The translations under genes and the position numbers were made by a program. Shown here one piece after another: positions 39,743-49,179 of a stretch of DNA of 60,348 nucleotides. Source of the stretch: a virus (taxonomy: Duplodnaviria; Caudoviricetes); IMG/VR virus record IMGVR_UViG_3300030606_000007, positions 1 through 60,348 of that record; one strand, written 5' to 3'. The notes under the pieces are model-generated. The model was not told the DNA's origin, did no database searches, and saw only the letters and a list, made by a program, of their open reading frames with translations. How positions within the stretch are numbered: the stretch's first letter is position 1; every line of letters begins with the position of its first letter.

Positions 39743-40738
39743 ATGGCCACCACCACCAGCACCGACGTCAAGGTCTATCAGCCGCAGTTCCAGGGCGCGT
39801 TCGTCGAGACGGTTCAGCAGAACGTCGACGCGTTCAACGGGGCCTCGCGCGGCGCGATCACGTTCCGCATCCGTCAACTCAAGGGCAACTACGAGTACGA
39901 GGCGTTCATGGACGAGGTGTCGTCCATCGCCCGACGCGATCCGAGCACCGAGTCCAGCTCGACGCTCTCCAGCACAAAGCTGACGCAGGGCGAGTTCATC
40001 AGCGTCAAGCTGCACCGTGTGAACGGACCGTACGAGTGGAACATCAGCTCGGCGCATCTGGCGGGCTTCAGCCCGTCGAAGTTCAGTCTGACGGTCGGGC
40101 GACAAGCGGCCGTCGCCGTGCCGCAGGAGATGCTCAACACGGCGCTCACCGCGCTGGAGGCGAAGCTCGACGCGACGGCCGCGCTGGAGCACGACGCGAC
40201 GAACGGCACGATCGAGACGTCGGACCTGGTCACCGGGCTCTCGAAGTTCGGCGACAGGTCGGGCCGCATCATCCTCTGGGTGATGCACTCCAAGGCCTGG
40301 TTCGACCTGATCGCGAGCCAGTACGCCGCGACAACCCAAGTGTTCGGGACCGAGCCGTTCGGCACCTTGCTGTTCGCGGGCATGCCGGCGACGCTCGGAC
40401 GGCCGGTGCTCGTCACGGACTCCGCCTCGCTGATCTCGCTGTCCGATCAGTCTACGGGCGAGCCGGTCTACTCGACGCTCGGCCTAACGGCCAGGGCCGC
40501 GGTCATCGAGATGACCGAGCTGCCGCTCGCGGTCGCGGAGGGCCCGCTGACCGGAAGCCAGAACCTCTACATCCGGTTCCAGGCCGAGTACGGCTACAAC
40601 CTCGGCCTCCGCGGTTGCAACTACAAGACGGGCACGGGCGCGAACCCGACTGGGGCGCAGGTTGCCGACGGCACCAACTGGGAGACCCAGGTCGCGGACA
40701 ACAAGCTGCTGCCCGGCATCATCGTCAGGAGCGACTAA
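39743..40738 (+). CDS. Major capsid protein
   Basis: 331 aa; FNGASRGAI, KFGD, WVMHSK, LGRPVLVTDS; position. Confidence 0.88.
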   Translation: MATTTSTDVKVYQPQFQGAFVETVQQNVDAFNGASRGAITFRIRQLKGNYEYEAFMDEVSSIARRDPSTESSSTLSSTKLTQGEFISVKLHRVNGPYEWNISSAHLAGFSPSKFSLTVGRQAAVAVPQEMLNTALTALEAKLDATAALEHDATNGTIETSDLVTGLSKFGDRSGRIILWVMHSKAWFDLIASQYAATTQVFGTEPFGTLLFAGMPATLGRPVLVTDSASLISLSDQSTGEPVYSTLGLTARAAVIEMTELPLAVAEGPLTGSQNLYIRFQAEYGYNLGLRGCNYKTGTGANPTGAQVADGTNWETQVADNKLLPGIIVRSD

Positions 40739-40816
40739 CCCGGACGTGTGGGCGCGCGGGGGCCGGCGCCTTTGCTGGCTCCCGCGGCCCCGCCCTCACC
40801 GAAGGAGGACCCCGAG

Positions 40817-41212
40817 ATGGTCGAGGTATTCGCTCGCAGGCGCAACGCCGCTCACTCGGCAGCGCTCGTCGCCAAGCTGGAGGCCGAGGGCCGAGCCGCG
40901 CGCTCGAACGATTCCAAGTTCTTCGACGCGCGCCAGATCGACAGGAAGGTCGTGATGGTCTATCACGACGGCGAGGACCGGCGTGTCACCGATACGTACG
41001 ACGCGCTCGGGATCCCGTGCGAGCTGATTCCCGGGTTCGAGCCCGAGGGCGGCGTGCCCATTCCGGCGCCCGTGAGCGCGAGCCCGGGTGCAGGCACGAG
41101 CCGTGAGGTGCGACAGCGAGGCCGGTGGTGGACCGCCTACGAGAACGGCGAGAAGGTCGGCAAGTCGCAGCTCTCCGAGTCCGAGGCCTGGGCGCTGTTC
41201 GAGGGAGCGTGA
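40817..41212 (+). CDS. Hypothetical head-associated protein
   Basis: AAGGAGG RBS; follows the capsid gene. Confidence 0.6.
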   Translation: MVEVFARRRNAAHSAALVAKLEAEGRAARSNDSKFFDARQIDRKVVMVYHDGEDRRVTDTYDALGIPCELIPGFEPEGGVPIPAPVSASPGAGTSREVRQRGRWWTAYENGEKVGKSQLSESEAWALFEGA

Positions 41213-41583
41213 TGGGCGTCGCTATCCGTCATCCCAAGGACCCGAGCCGGCCGAGGGTCATCCCCTCGGCGCGCTTCGATCCGGCGCGGCACGAGTTGTG
41301 GGACGAGCCGCGCAACATGCCCCGCTCTGGCCTACCCGAGGACCTGCCCGGTCGCGTCGCGTTGATCGGTGCCGGGATCACGACGATGGCAGAGGTCCGT
41401 GCTCTCCGCGACTTCGACACCGTACCCGGCATCGGGCAGGTGACCGAAGCGCGGCTGGTCGCCTACCTGGAGCGTGCCCGGCCCTACGGCGAGACGGGAT
41501 CCGAAAGGCCCGGAAGCGCTGCCTCCGGCGCGGTTACGCCTACGGGGCCGGGCACAACCGGAGACTCCGATGCCGGATCTTGA
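41212..41583 (+). CDS. Protein with helix-hairpin-helix motif
   Basis: AGITT.AEV....DFDTVPGIGQVTEARL. Confidence 0.6.
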   Translation: MGVAIRHPKDPSRPRVIPSARFDPARHELWDEPRNMPRSGLPEDLPGRVALIGAGITTMAEVRALRDFDTVPGIGQVTEARLVAYLERARPYGETGSERPGSAASGAVTPTGPGTTGDSDAGS

Positions 41584-42082
41584 CGCGACCGTGGGCGGCG
41601 AAGATGCCAACAGCTACGCGCTGGTGGCGACGGCCGATGTCTACTTCGACGAGCGGCTCCAGGCGTCGGCCTGGACGGGCGAGTCCGATCCGGACGTGAA
41701 GGAGCGCGCGCTCATCATGGGCACCCGCCGGGTGGACGCGTTCCAGTTCGTCGGCTTCAAGAACTCGGCGGACCAGGCGCTCAAGTGGCCGCGGTTCGAC
41801 GTATTCGACGAGGACGGCAACGAGTACGAGACGACCGAGATCCCGACCGTCGTCCTGCACGCGACGTACGAGACGGCGCTCTGGCTGCTGAACCAGAACG
41901 CGGCCGCCACCGACCCGCTCGCGCCCGACGGTCTCGACCGCTTCACGCGTGCGAAGGTCGGGCCCATCGAGGTCGAGCCGAACCTGTCGAGCTCCTCGAG
42001 CAAGGTGCCCGACCACGTGCGGCGGTTGCTCCGTCACGTCCTTCGCGCCGCTGGGTTCACGGCGACCCTGGAGCGCGCCTGA
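41570..42082 (+). CDS. Head-tail adaptor (DnaT-like family)
   Basis: ANSYA.VA.AD.YF, QALKWPR, IP..V..A..E.A, KVGPIEVE. Confidence 0.82.
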   Translation: MPDLDATVGGEDANSYALVATADVYFDERLQASAWTGESDPDVKERALIMGTRRVDAFQFVGFKNSADQALKWPRFDVFDEDGNEYETTEIPTVVLHATYETALWLLNQNAAATDPLAPDGLDRFTRAKVGPIEVEPNLSSSSSKVPDHVRRLLRHVLRAAGFTATLERA

Positions 42083-42450
42083 TGGCTGTGCTCGACGGGC
42101 CGCTCGGCAGGGTCGCCACGAGCCTCGGGAAGGCCCTCGGCGGCACCGGCACGCTCACGCTCGAATCGGCCGGCACCTACAACCCGCCGACGGGCTCCGC
42201 GACACCGACCGAGACGGTCTTCTCCGTGCGACCGATGCCGGGTGGCAGGGACGAGCTGCGCATGTTCGCGGGCTCACTCGTCCAGCAGGGCGACCGCACG
42301 TGCGTCATCGCCGCGAGCGAGGTCACGACGCAGCCGAGACCAGGCTCCGCGAAGCTTTCCTGGCTCGGCAAGACGTGGCGCGTCGAGGGCGTCGAGCCGA
42401 TCACGACGGGCGACGCCGACGCCGCTTACGTGCTCCTGCTGAGGCGGTGA
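42082..42450 (+). CDS. Head closure/stopper protein
   Basis: GTYNP.TG, VQQGD, W.V..V, Y.LLLRR; position. Confidence 0.7.
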   Translation: MAVLDGPLGRVATSLGKALGGTGTLTLESAGTYNPPTGSATPTETVFSVRPMPGGRDELRMFAGSLVQQGDRTCVIAASEVTTQPRPGSAKLSWLGKTWRVEGVEPITTGDADAAYVLLLRR

Positions 42451-42451
42451 C

Positions 42452-42871
42452 ATGGCGCTTACCAACGTGCGGGAGTTCACGCTCGGGCTCGACGCGTTCG
42501 TCGAAGAAGTGGACGAGGCCAGGCGCGGTAAGACCAAGGCCGTGACGCTCCGGGCGCTCAGCGGCGTGGTGCTCGGTACACGCGTCGATACCGGCCGGGC
42601 CCGCGGCAACTGGCAGGTGCAGGAGGGCTCCCCTCCGGAAGGCCACGACCCGCTTGCCTACCATCCGAGCGGGGAGGGCATCGCGGGCGGGCATGTGGTC
42701 GTTTCCGACGACGTGGGCGAGCAGGTGATTCTCGGCGCCTCGGGTGACGACATCATCTGGCTGCACAACGGCGTGCCGTACATTCTGATCCTCGAGGACC
42801 TGGACGCCATGGTCGAGGTCACCGTCGAGTCGCTCAGGGCGTGGATCCAGAGCCAGGCGGGCAGCTCGTGA
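42452..42871 (+). CDS. HK97 gp10-like neck protein
   Basis: VDTGRARGNWQV, NGVPYI..LE. Confidence 0.8.
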   Translation: MALTNVREFTLGLDAFVEEVDEARRGKTKAVTLRALSGVVLGTRVDTGRARGNWQVQEGSPPEGHDPLAYHPSGEGIAGGHVVVSDDVGEQVILGASGDDIIWLHNGVPYILILEDLDAMVEVTVESLRAWIQSQAGSS

Positions 42872-43278
42872 GCGTGCTCACCTACGCGGACGAGCAAGCC
42901 GCGATCATGGGGCGCATCAAGTCCAACTGGGCGGGCACGGACGTGGCTTACCCGAACACGGGCTACGAGCCGGACCCCGACACCGCCTACATCGAGCCGC
43001 GCGTCGTCCGGGGCGAAGCGTTCAACGCCAGTGTCTCGGCCGTGAGCCGCCAGACGCGCCATCCCGGGGTGTTGTTCGTGCAGGTCCGGACGCCGCTGAA
43101 CCAGGGTGACCAGCAGGCGATGGACCTCGCCGCGAACATCGAAAACCTGTTCCGCAACGTCACGTTCGACGGCTGCACCTTCCGCGTGCCGACCGTCCGC
43201 GACTTCGGCCGTGAGCGCGTCTACTACCGCGCCGAAGTCGCGTGCCCGTACCACCGAGACTCCATCCACGACGACTAG
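42868..43278 (+). CDS. Tail terminator-like protein
   Basis: VAYPN, G...VQV.TP...G; position before the tube gene. Confidence 0.72.
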   Translation: MSVLTYADEQAAIMGRIKSNWAGTDVAYPNTGYEPDPDTAYIEPRVVRGEAFNASVSAVSRQTRHPGVLFVQVRTPLNQGDQQAMDLAANIENLFRNVTFDGCTFRVPTVRDFGRERVYYRAEVACPYHRDSIHDD

Positions 43279-43290
43279 GGAGATGCGCTG

Positions 43291-44223
43291 ATGGACAGCA
43301 ACCTGACCAACCTGGGCTACGTCGAGGAGACGGTCTTCGGCACCACGCCGTCGGCGAACCTGCAACTGTTCCGGCGCACCGGTGGAAACATCGTGCCCAC
43401 GCAGCCCTCGGTCGTCTCGCAGGAGATCCGGAGCGACCTCCGCGCGGGCCGGCCGGTGCGCGTCGGCCAGATGGCGAGCGGCACGATCAACATGGAGTGG
43501 AGCTACGGCACGCTCGACGACATCCTCGAGGGCATGCTCCTGGAGGCGTGGGACTCGACGGTGCTCGTCGACGGGACGACCAAGAAGTCCTACACGTTCG
43601 AGGAGCAGTTCGTCGACCCCGACATCAGCCCCAGCCAGTACAAGATCTACAAGGGCTGCCGCATCTCGCAGCTCTCCATGAGCCTCGGAATCGGCGCGAT
43701 CGTGACCGGCAGCTTCGGCATCATGGGCGCGACGCCGTCGATCGCCCAGGCCAGCTCGGGAACGGGCAACACGAACCCGACGACGACCGGCCCGTGGAAC
43801 ACCGTCGACATGGTGACCTCGCTCCTGGAGGGCGTCGCAGGTGGCTCGCCTGTCGCGCTCGGTAAGACGACCGGTGTCGAGCTCAACCTCAGCAGGAACC
43901 TGCGCGAGAAGCGCGAGATCGGGAGCCTCAACCCGTTCGACATCGGCGTTGGGCGCCTGCTCGTGAGCGGATCCATCCAGCAGTACTTCGAGGACGACGT
44001 GCTGATGGACGCGTGGTTCGCGTTCGAGGACCGGGAGTTGACGGTCGTGCTGACGGACGAGGACTCGAACGTGTTCACGATCGAGATCCCGAAGCTCAAG
44101 CTCGTCGGCGACGCCAACATCGATAACCCGGGCACCGACTCCGACCGGATCGTGACGGTCAACTTCGAGGCGTACGCGAACGCGGGCGACGCGGCGCTGA
44201 TCCGCTTCACCAACAGCACCTGA
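43291..44223 (+). CDS. Tail tube (major tail) protein
   Basis: YVEETVFGTTP, SQEIRSD, SYTFEEQF, G...VSGSI..YFED. Confidence 0.85.
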   Translation: MDSNLTNLGYVEETVFGTTPSANLQLFRRTGGNIVPTQPSVVSQEIRSDLRAGRPVRVGQMASGTINMEWSYGTLDDILEGMLLEAWDSTVLVDGTTKKSYTFEEQFVDPDISPSQYKIYKGCRISQLSMSLGIGAIVTGSFGIMGATPSIAQASSGTGNTNPTTTGPWNTVDMVTSLLEGVAGGSPVALGKTTGVELNLSRNLREKREIGSLNPFDIGVGRLLVSGSIQQYFEDDVLMDAWFAFEDRELTVVLTDEDSNVFTIEIPKLKLVGDANIDNPGTDSDRIVTVNFEAYANAGDAALIRFTNST

Positions 44224-44257
44224 TAGCACCTACTACCGAACAGGGGAAGGAAGGACC

Positions 44258-44746
44258 ATGGCAGAGACGACTTATAGGCTCGGAGACACCGGCGCGAGGC
44301 TCGACCTCGTGGCCGTGCAGCAGGGCGTGGAGCGCGAGCACTGGCACCGGAAGGGGCTGAAGGTGAGAGTGCTGCCGGCCGGCGACTTCAACCCGCGCTT
44401 CCGCAACGCATTCCGTGACCGAGCGATGGAGATCGGGGACCGCAACGGCTCCTCGGGCGAGGTGCCGAGCTGGACCGACGACGCGGCATTCGTCGCGACC
44501 GCGATCGTGGCCGACATGAGCGGCATCTACGATGCGGACGGCAACGCGGTGGCGTACACGCCCGCGGTCGGAGAGCGGGTGCTGTCCGATCCCGAGAACG
44601 CCGACCTGCTCGCGTGGATCGTGAGCGAAGCGCTGCAACACGGCTCGTTCTACACCGAGCGGGTCGAGAAGCAAGTGGGAAACTCACGGAGAGGCTCCGG
44701 TGGGAAGAGGGCTGGGGCCGCAAGATCCGCGAGGACGAGAAGCTAG
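44258..44746 (+). CDS. Tail assembly chaperone (G-like)
   Basis: Between the tube and tape measure genes; contains the slippery site. Confidence 0.75.
   Translation: MAETTYRLGDTGARLDLVAVQQGVEREHWHRKGLKVRVLPAGDFNPRFRNAFRDRAMEIGDRNGSSGEVPSWTDDAAFVATAIVADMSGIYDADGNAVAYTPAVGERVLSDPENADLLAWIVSEALQHGSFYTERVEKQVGNSRRGSGGKRAGAARSARTRS
44677..44683 (+). promoter_or_regulatory. -1 programmed ribosomal frameshift site G GGA AAC
   Basis: X XXY YYZ heptamer in frame; the -1 frame is open to 45045. Confidence 0.8.
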
Positions 44747-45045
44747 CGGCCTATGTGCGCTCAGGCCGCCCCTTCCCGCCGTGGGACCGCCGGCCCCGGT
44801 TGCGCGACGACGTGCTGTGGGCCTGGGAGGCGTTCGCCGACCTGTCGACCTGCCGGCCCGGGGGTGAGGGCGTGAGGGCGATCCCCTGGACGGCGCTCAA
44901 CGAGTACGCGCGCGCGCACGGCATCTGGGACGCCCATCGCTTCGAGCGGCTCATCCGAGCGATGGACTCGGAGTTCATGGCGTCGGTCGACCGTGCCGGT
45001 GCGGCGATGACGAAGCGTACGGTAGGGAGGAAGGCCGGTGCCTGA
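44677..45045 (+). CDS. Tail assembly chaperone frameshift extension (GT-like)
   Basis: WEAFADLSTCR......IPW.AL..YA...G; reached by the -1 shift. Confidence 0.75.
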   Translation, partial: GKLTERLRWEEGWGRKIREDEKLAAYVRSGRPFPPWDRRPRLRDDVLWAWEAFADLSTCRPGGEGVRAIPWTALNEYARAHGIWDAHRFERLIRAMDSEFMASVDRAGAAMTKRTVGRKAGA

Positions 45046-47551
45046 GGAGAAGGTCCTACGCCTCGGCGTCGACCCGCGCGCCGGCCTCAAGGGCCACGCC
45101 GAGTTTCAGAAGGCGAGCAAGGAAACGAAGCGGGTTGTCGACGAGCTCGCGAAGACGCTGGAGGACAACGCGCGCCGTGAAGCCCGCACGATGCGCGAGA
45201 TCGCCACGCTCGAGCGCGACTTTCAGACGCGGAAGCGTGCGAACGCTCAGCAGACGGCGATGGTCGCCGCTCAGGCTGGCCGCGAGCAGGCCAAGGCCCA
45301 GGTCGCCGCGCTCGAGGTCACGTTCCGCGAGTCGATCGCCAGGATCAAGGAGGGCCAGGCGCGTGGCTTCCTGACGCCCGCCGAGGCGGCCCAGGCGGGC
45401 CGTGAGAGCGCGCTGGCGTACAACCAGGCGGTGATCGGTGTCATCGATCGCTCGCAGGGCTCCAGGGCGCTCACAGGCGCCGGTGGCCGCGAGACCTACA
45501 CCGAGCTGGCGGGCTCGCTGAAGAGCCTCGACCAGGCCGGCCGGAGCTCCTCGCTCGGCATGCACCGGCTGAACAACAGCCTGGTCGTGATGGCGCGCCA
45601 GGCGACGAATACGCACCCCGTCGTGGGCCAGCTCGCCGACGTCGTCGGCACGTTCGCGATCGGGACCGCGGCGATGGTGCCGATCTTGGCGGGCATCGCC
45701 GCGATCGGTCTCGCGTGGCAGCGGCTGACGAGGGACGCGCGCGAGGCGAAGGAAGAGCACCAGCGACTGATCGACGTGCTCGAAAGCGCGGCCGAGGGTG
45801 AGCGTATCCGGCGGCTTGGCCCCGGCGGCGAGCTCGGGACGGGCATAGGCGCCGGCCAGCAGGAGCTCGCGGACCTCACCCGTAGGATCGAGGCCGAACG
45901 CCAGCGCATCGCGCAGACCTACATGAGCGCCGGTGCGTTCTCGGTACCGGAAGGTGCCACGTCCGGGCGGCTCCAGGCGCTCGAAGAGCAGTACGCGCGC
46001 CTCATCCCGATCGTGCAGCGCGGTGAGCAGGCGTTGGCCCGCGAGACCGCCGAGGAAGCAGAGCGCCGGGCCAAGGAATACGAGCGCGAAACCGAGCGCA
46101 TCATCAAGACGTTCGAGCACCGCGTAGACGCCGCCGAGCGAGCGAACACCCAGATCGAGCGAGCCTTCAACCGGCACTTCGACGAGCGCGCCGCGTCTCT
46201 CGGCGAGTTCGAGCGCCAAGTCCAGGAAGACTTCGAGCGGCAGATGGAGGCGTTCGAGCGTGCGCAGGCCGCCGCGGAGCGGGCAGAAGCGGCCCGGATA
46301 GCGGCGACCCTGCGGAGGCTGGCCAAAGAGCGCAAGGCCGAAGAGGAGCTCGCCCGAGCGCGTGAGCGCGCCAACCAGATGCTCGTCCGGCAGCTCAACG
46401 AGGTCGGCCGCGCGTACGGTGGCGTCATCGATCAGATCCTAACGCTCGCCGCGACCGTGCTCGCCCTGGAGCGCATGCCGATGGTGAGCGGCGGCGACAA
46501 GGCAAAGGCGTACGGGACGGCGGCCGGCATCGGCATCGGCGTCGGAGCCAGCACCGGCAGCCCGGCGATGGGCGCGCTGGGTGGCGCGGCCGCGGGTTTC
46601 TCGGTTGCCGGCCCGTACGGAGCGCTGATCGGTGGCGCCGCCGGCTTCGTGTCGGGCCTGATAGAGCAGGGCGAGCGGCTCGCGCTCGCGCGCAAGAGGT
46701 GGGAGGACAGCTTCGAGGGCTTCCAGCGGATGTTCAACCCCGGCTCGCCGCTCGACCAGATGCTGGAGCGGGTCAGTGACAGCTTCGCGCGTCTCGCGCA
46801 GGAGGCCGCGGCCTCGGTCGGTGTGAGCACGTCGATCACGACCGCGGAAGAGGCGCGTCGATTCATCGAGGCGTACGAGGCGAGCGCGTTTGTTGGCATG
46901 AGCGCGAAGATGCATGCGTTCGTCGAGGGGTTGAAGCTCCTGGAAGAGCAGTTCCGCAAGAACGAGGCGGCCGCACGCGCGTTGGCCCGGGAAGAGGAGC
47001 GGCGCTACGCCGACTCGCTCCAGGTGCGGCTGCTGGAAGCGCAAGGCCACGAGGACGAGGCCCGCGCGCTGCAACTGGCGATCCGCCACGAAGAGGAGAT
47101 GCGCCAGGCGATCGAGGCCAAGTACAACACCGAGACGCTCGCGCTGCTGGAATCGGTGCAGGCCGCCGAGAAGATGGCCGAGGCGGTGCAAAATGCGAAC
47201 CGTGAGATCGACAACGTCACGAACGCACTCAACTCCCCGACCGGGCTCAACATCGCACTCGCGCGCTGGCGCACGATCGAGGAGCGGGTCAGGGACGGAG
47301 CGCGGCCCCCGTGGGACAGGCCACCGAGACGTGAGCCGCACCCGGGTGAGGGTGATGGCGGCCGCCCGCCGCGCGACCCTGAAGACCGCGACCGCAGGGG
47401 TGACACCTACCAGGTGCAGGGCGACCTGACGGTGCAGGTCATCGCGGGGCCGGGCGAGGACGGTGAGCGGATCGCGCGCGGCGTGTTCGACTCGATCCGC
47501 CGGGTCACACGCCGCGGTGGCGGCAACCCGACCAGCGTGACCACCCGGTGA
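45038..47551 (+). CDS. Tail tape measure protein
   Basis: 837 aa, Ala/Glu/Arg-rich helical protein with Gly-rich hydrophobic segments; position. Confidence 0.85.
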   Translation: MPEEKVLRLGVDPRAGLKGHAEFQKASKETKRVVDELAKTLEDNARREARTMREIATLERDFQTRKRANAQQTAMVAAQAGREQAKAQVAALEVTFRESIARIKEGQARGFLTPAEAAQAGRESALAYNQAVIGVIDRSQGSRALTGAGGRETYTELAGSLKSLDQAGRSSSLGMHRLNNSLVVMARQATNTHPVVGQLADVVGTFAIGTAAMVPILAGIAAIGLAWQRLTRDAREAKEEHQRLIDVLESAAEGERIRRLGPGGELGTGIGAGQQELADLTRRIEAERQRIAQTYMSAGAFSVPEGATSGRLQALEEQYARLIPIVQRGEQALARETAEEAERRAKEYERETERIIKTFEHRVDAAERANTQIERAFNRHFDERAASLGEFERQVQEDFERQMEAFERAQAAAERAEAARIAATLRRLAKERKAEEELARARERANQMLVRQLNEVGRAYGGVIDQILTLAATVLALERMPMVSGGDKAKAYGTAAGIGIGVGASTGSPAMGALGGAAAGFSVAGPYGALIGGAAGFVSGLIEQGERLALARKRWEDSFEGFQRMFNPGSPLDQMLERVSDSFARLAQEAAASVGVSTSITTAEEARRFIEAYEASAFVGMSAKMHAFVEGLKLLEEQFRKNEAAARALAREEERRYADSLQVRLLEAQGHEDEARALQLAIRHEEEMRQAIEAKYNTETLALLESVQAAEKMAEAVQNANREIDNVTNALNSPTGLNIALARWRTIEERVRDGARPPWDRPPRREPHPGEGDGGRPPRDPEDRDRRGDTYQVQGDLTVQVIAGPGEDGERIARGVFDSIRRVTRRGGGNPTSVTTR

Positions 47552-49179
47552 GCTTCCTCACGATCGAGGGCATGGCCGTGCCGGTCAACGCCGGCGCCTC
47601 CTCCGACGTGACGCCGTTCGGTGACGTGGGCCCCGCGTTCAGCGGCCTCATGCGTTCCGACATCCGCGCGCATCACCGGATGCTCCAGGTCACGACCGTC
47701 GAGATGGAGACGGCCGACATGCAGGCTCTTCGGGCGATCCTGCGGAGCCCCGGTCCGCTGCTGATCGGCGGCGATTGGATCGGCCAGGACGCCTACTTCA
47801 CGCTGCTCGGCGGCGTTCGTGTCCAGCCGCTTCCCACGGCCGACGACTACGTGCTCCAGTTCACGCTCCGCGAGACGGCCGACGCTCCCGCGCTGCTGCT
47901 GTTCAGCTTCGACGGTGACGCGCCGGGCGAGTACACCTTCACGCGCACCGGAGCCACCGCCACCGAGATAGACGAGAACGGCGTGCTGTCCACAGTCGCG
48001 GCGAACATCCTGCGGACGGACCACCTCGACCTCGACGGCGACGGGATCCGTGGGGACGTGGCGGTGCCGCTGGAGCGAGGGACGACGAACGAGTTGTTCC
48101 CATCCGAGAACCTGAACGACGGCGTCCGCTGGACGAAGACGAACCTCGCGGGCGTGACCGTCAACCAGGCCGTTGGCCCGGACGGTGCTACCTCGCTCGA
48201 TGCGATCGTCGAGGACGGCACGAACAGCTCGCATGAGGTGAGCCAGGCCGTGACCGGCATGACCGCCGATGCCAACTACGCGCTGTCGGGATGGTTCATC
48301 GCGAGCACGAGGACGTGGGTGCGGCTCCACATCCTGGAGACCGCCGCGTCCGCCAACATCGTGCGCGCCTGGTTCAACCTCGCCACGGGCGCCGTCGGCA
48401 CCACCAACGCCGGTGGCACGGGCACGTTCCTCCGCGCCTACGTCGAGGACTGGACGGACGTTGTGGAGGGCCTCTACCGGTGCGTGCTCGTGGGATCGGT
48501 CGGCAACTCCGCTACGGCGATCACGGGCGTGGCGGGGCTCGCCTCCGGCGACGGCGTCGGTAGCTACCAGGGTGATGGGTCCTCGCGGATCTTCGGCGGC
48601 TACATGCAACTGGAGGACGATACTCCGGCAGCGACAACCTACGTCAGCACCACGACGGTCGCGGTGGCTCGCGGCGCCGAGGCGTTCAGCGCACCGTTCG
48701 TCCACGCGCCCCAGGCGATGACGATCTACGCGAAGCTGATCGAGCGCGGCAACTCAGGGACGGCGGGAGTCCTCCAGATCGGCACCGCGACCGGAGCGGG
48801 CGACGCACGGATCGGCCTGCAATTCAGTTCGTCCGCGTACCGCGCCATCTACAACAACGGCTCTGGCGCGAATCAGACGGTGTCGCCCTCCGCGTCCCCC
48901 TCCGTCGGCCAACCGTTCGAGTTGATGGCGACGATCGACGAGGCCGGAAACCTGGAGTTCACGCAGGTCATCGACGACGGCGCGCCGGAGGTGGAGACGA
49001 ACGCCACGGGAGACGCGCTGCCGGCAGCTTGGCAGTCGCTCCTGATCCACCTCAACGCCACCGGCACGAGTAACGTGGGACTGATGGCGGGCGAGGCAAT
49101 CAAGATCGTCGGTAGCGTCAAGACACTCGCCGAGATGCGCAAGATCGCCGGCGCCAGGCTGTTCGCGAGGGTCGCATGA
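47548..49179 (+). CDS. Distal tail-like protein with carbohydrate-binding/LamG-like extension
   Basis: Follows the tape measure; FTRTGATAT, LE...TN.L..SE, G.YRC, QLE....TTY..TT. Confidence 0.65.
   Translation: MSFLTIEGMAVPVNAGASSDVTPFGDVGPAFSGLMRSDIRAHHRMLQVTTVEMETADMQALRAILRSPGPLLIGGDWIGQDAYFTLLGGVRVQPLPTADDYVLQFTLRETADAPALLLFSFDGDAPGEYTFTRTGATATEIDENGVLSTVAANILRTDHLDLDGDGIRGDVAVPLERGTTNELFPSENLNDGVRWTKTNLAGVTVNQAVGPDGATSLDAIVEDGTNSSHEVSQAVTGMTADANYALSGWFIASTRTWVRLHILETAASANIVRAWFNLATGAVGTTNAGGTGTFLRAYVEDWTDVVEGLYRCVLVGSVGNSATAITGVAGLASGDGVGSYQGDGSSRIFGGYMQLEDDTPAATTYVSTTTVAVARGAEAFSAPFVHAPQAMTIYAKLIERGNSGTAGVLQIGTATGAGDARIGLQFSSSAYRAIYNNGSGANQTVSPSASPSVGQPFELMATIDEAGNLEFTQVIDDGAPEVETNATGDALPAAWQSLLIHLNATGTSNVGLMAGEAIKIVGSVKTLAEMRKIAGARLFARVA

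Noticed and set aside
42658-44229. Long antisense ORFs (also 4286-5728, 45056-46219, 47407-48705 and others)
   Set aside because: Shadow frames expected in high-GC coding DNA opposite well-supported genes
44677-44683. Programmed frameshift as a novelty
   Set aside because: Standard tail-chaperone -1 frameshift; listed as a feature only
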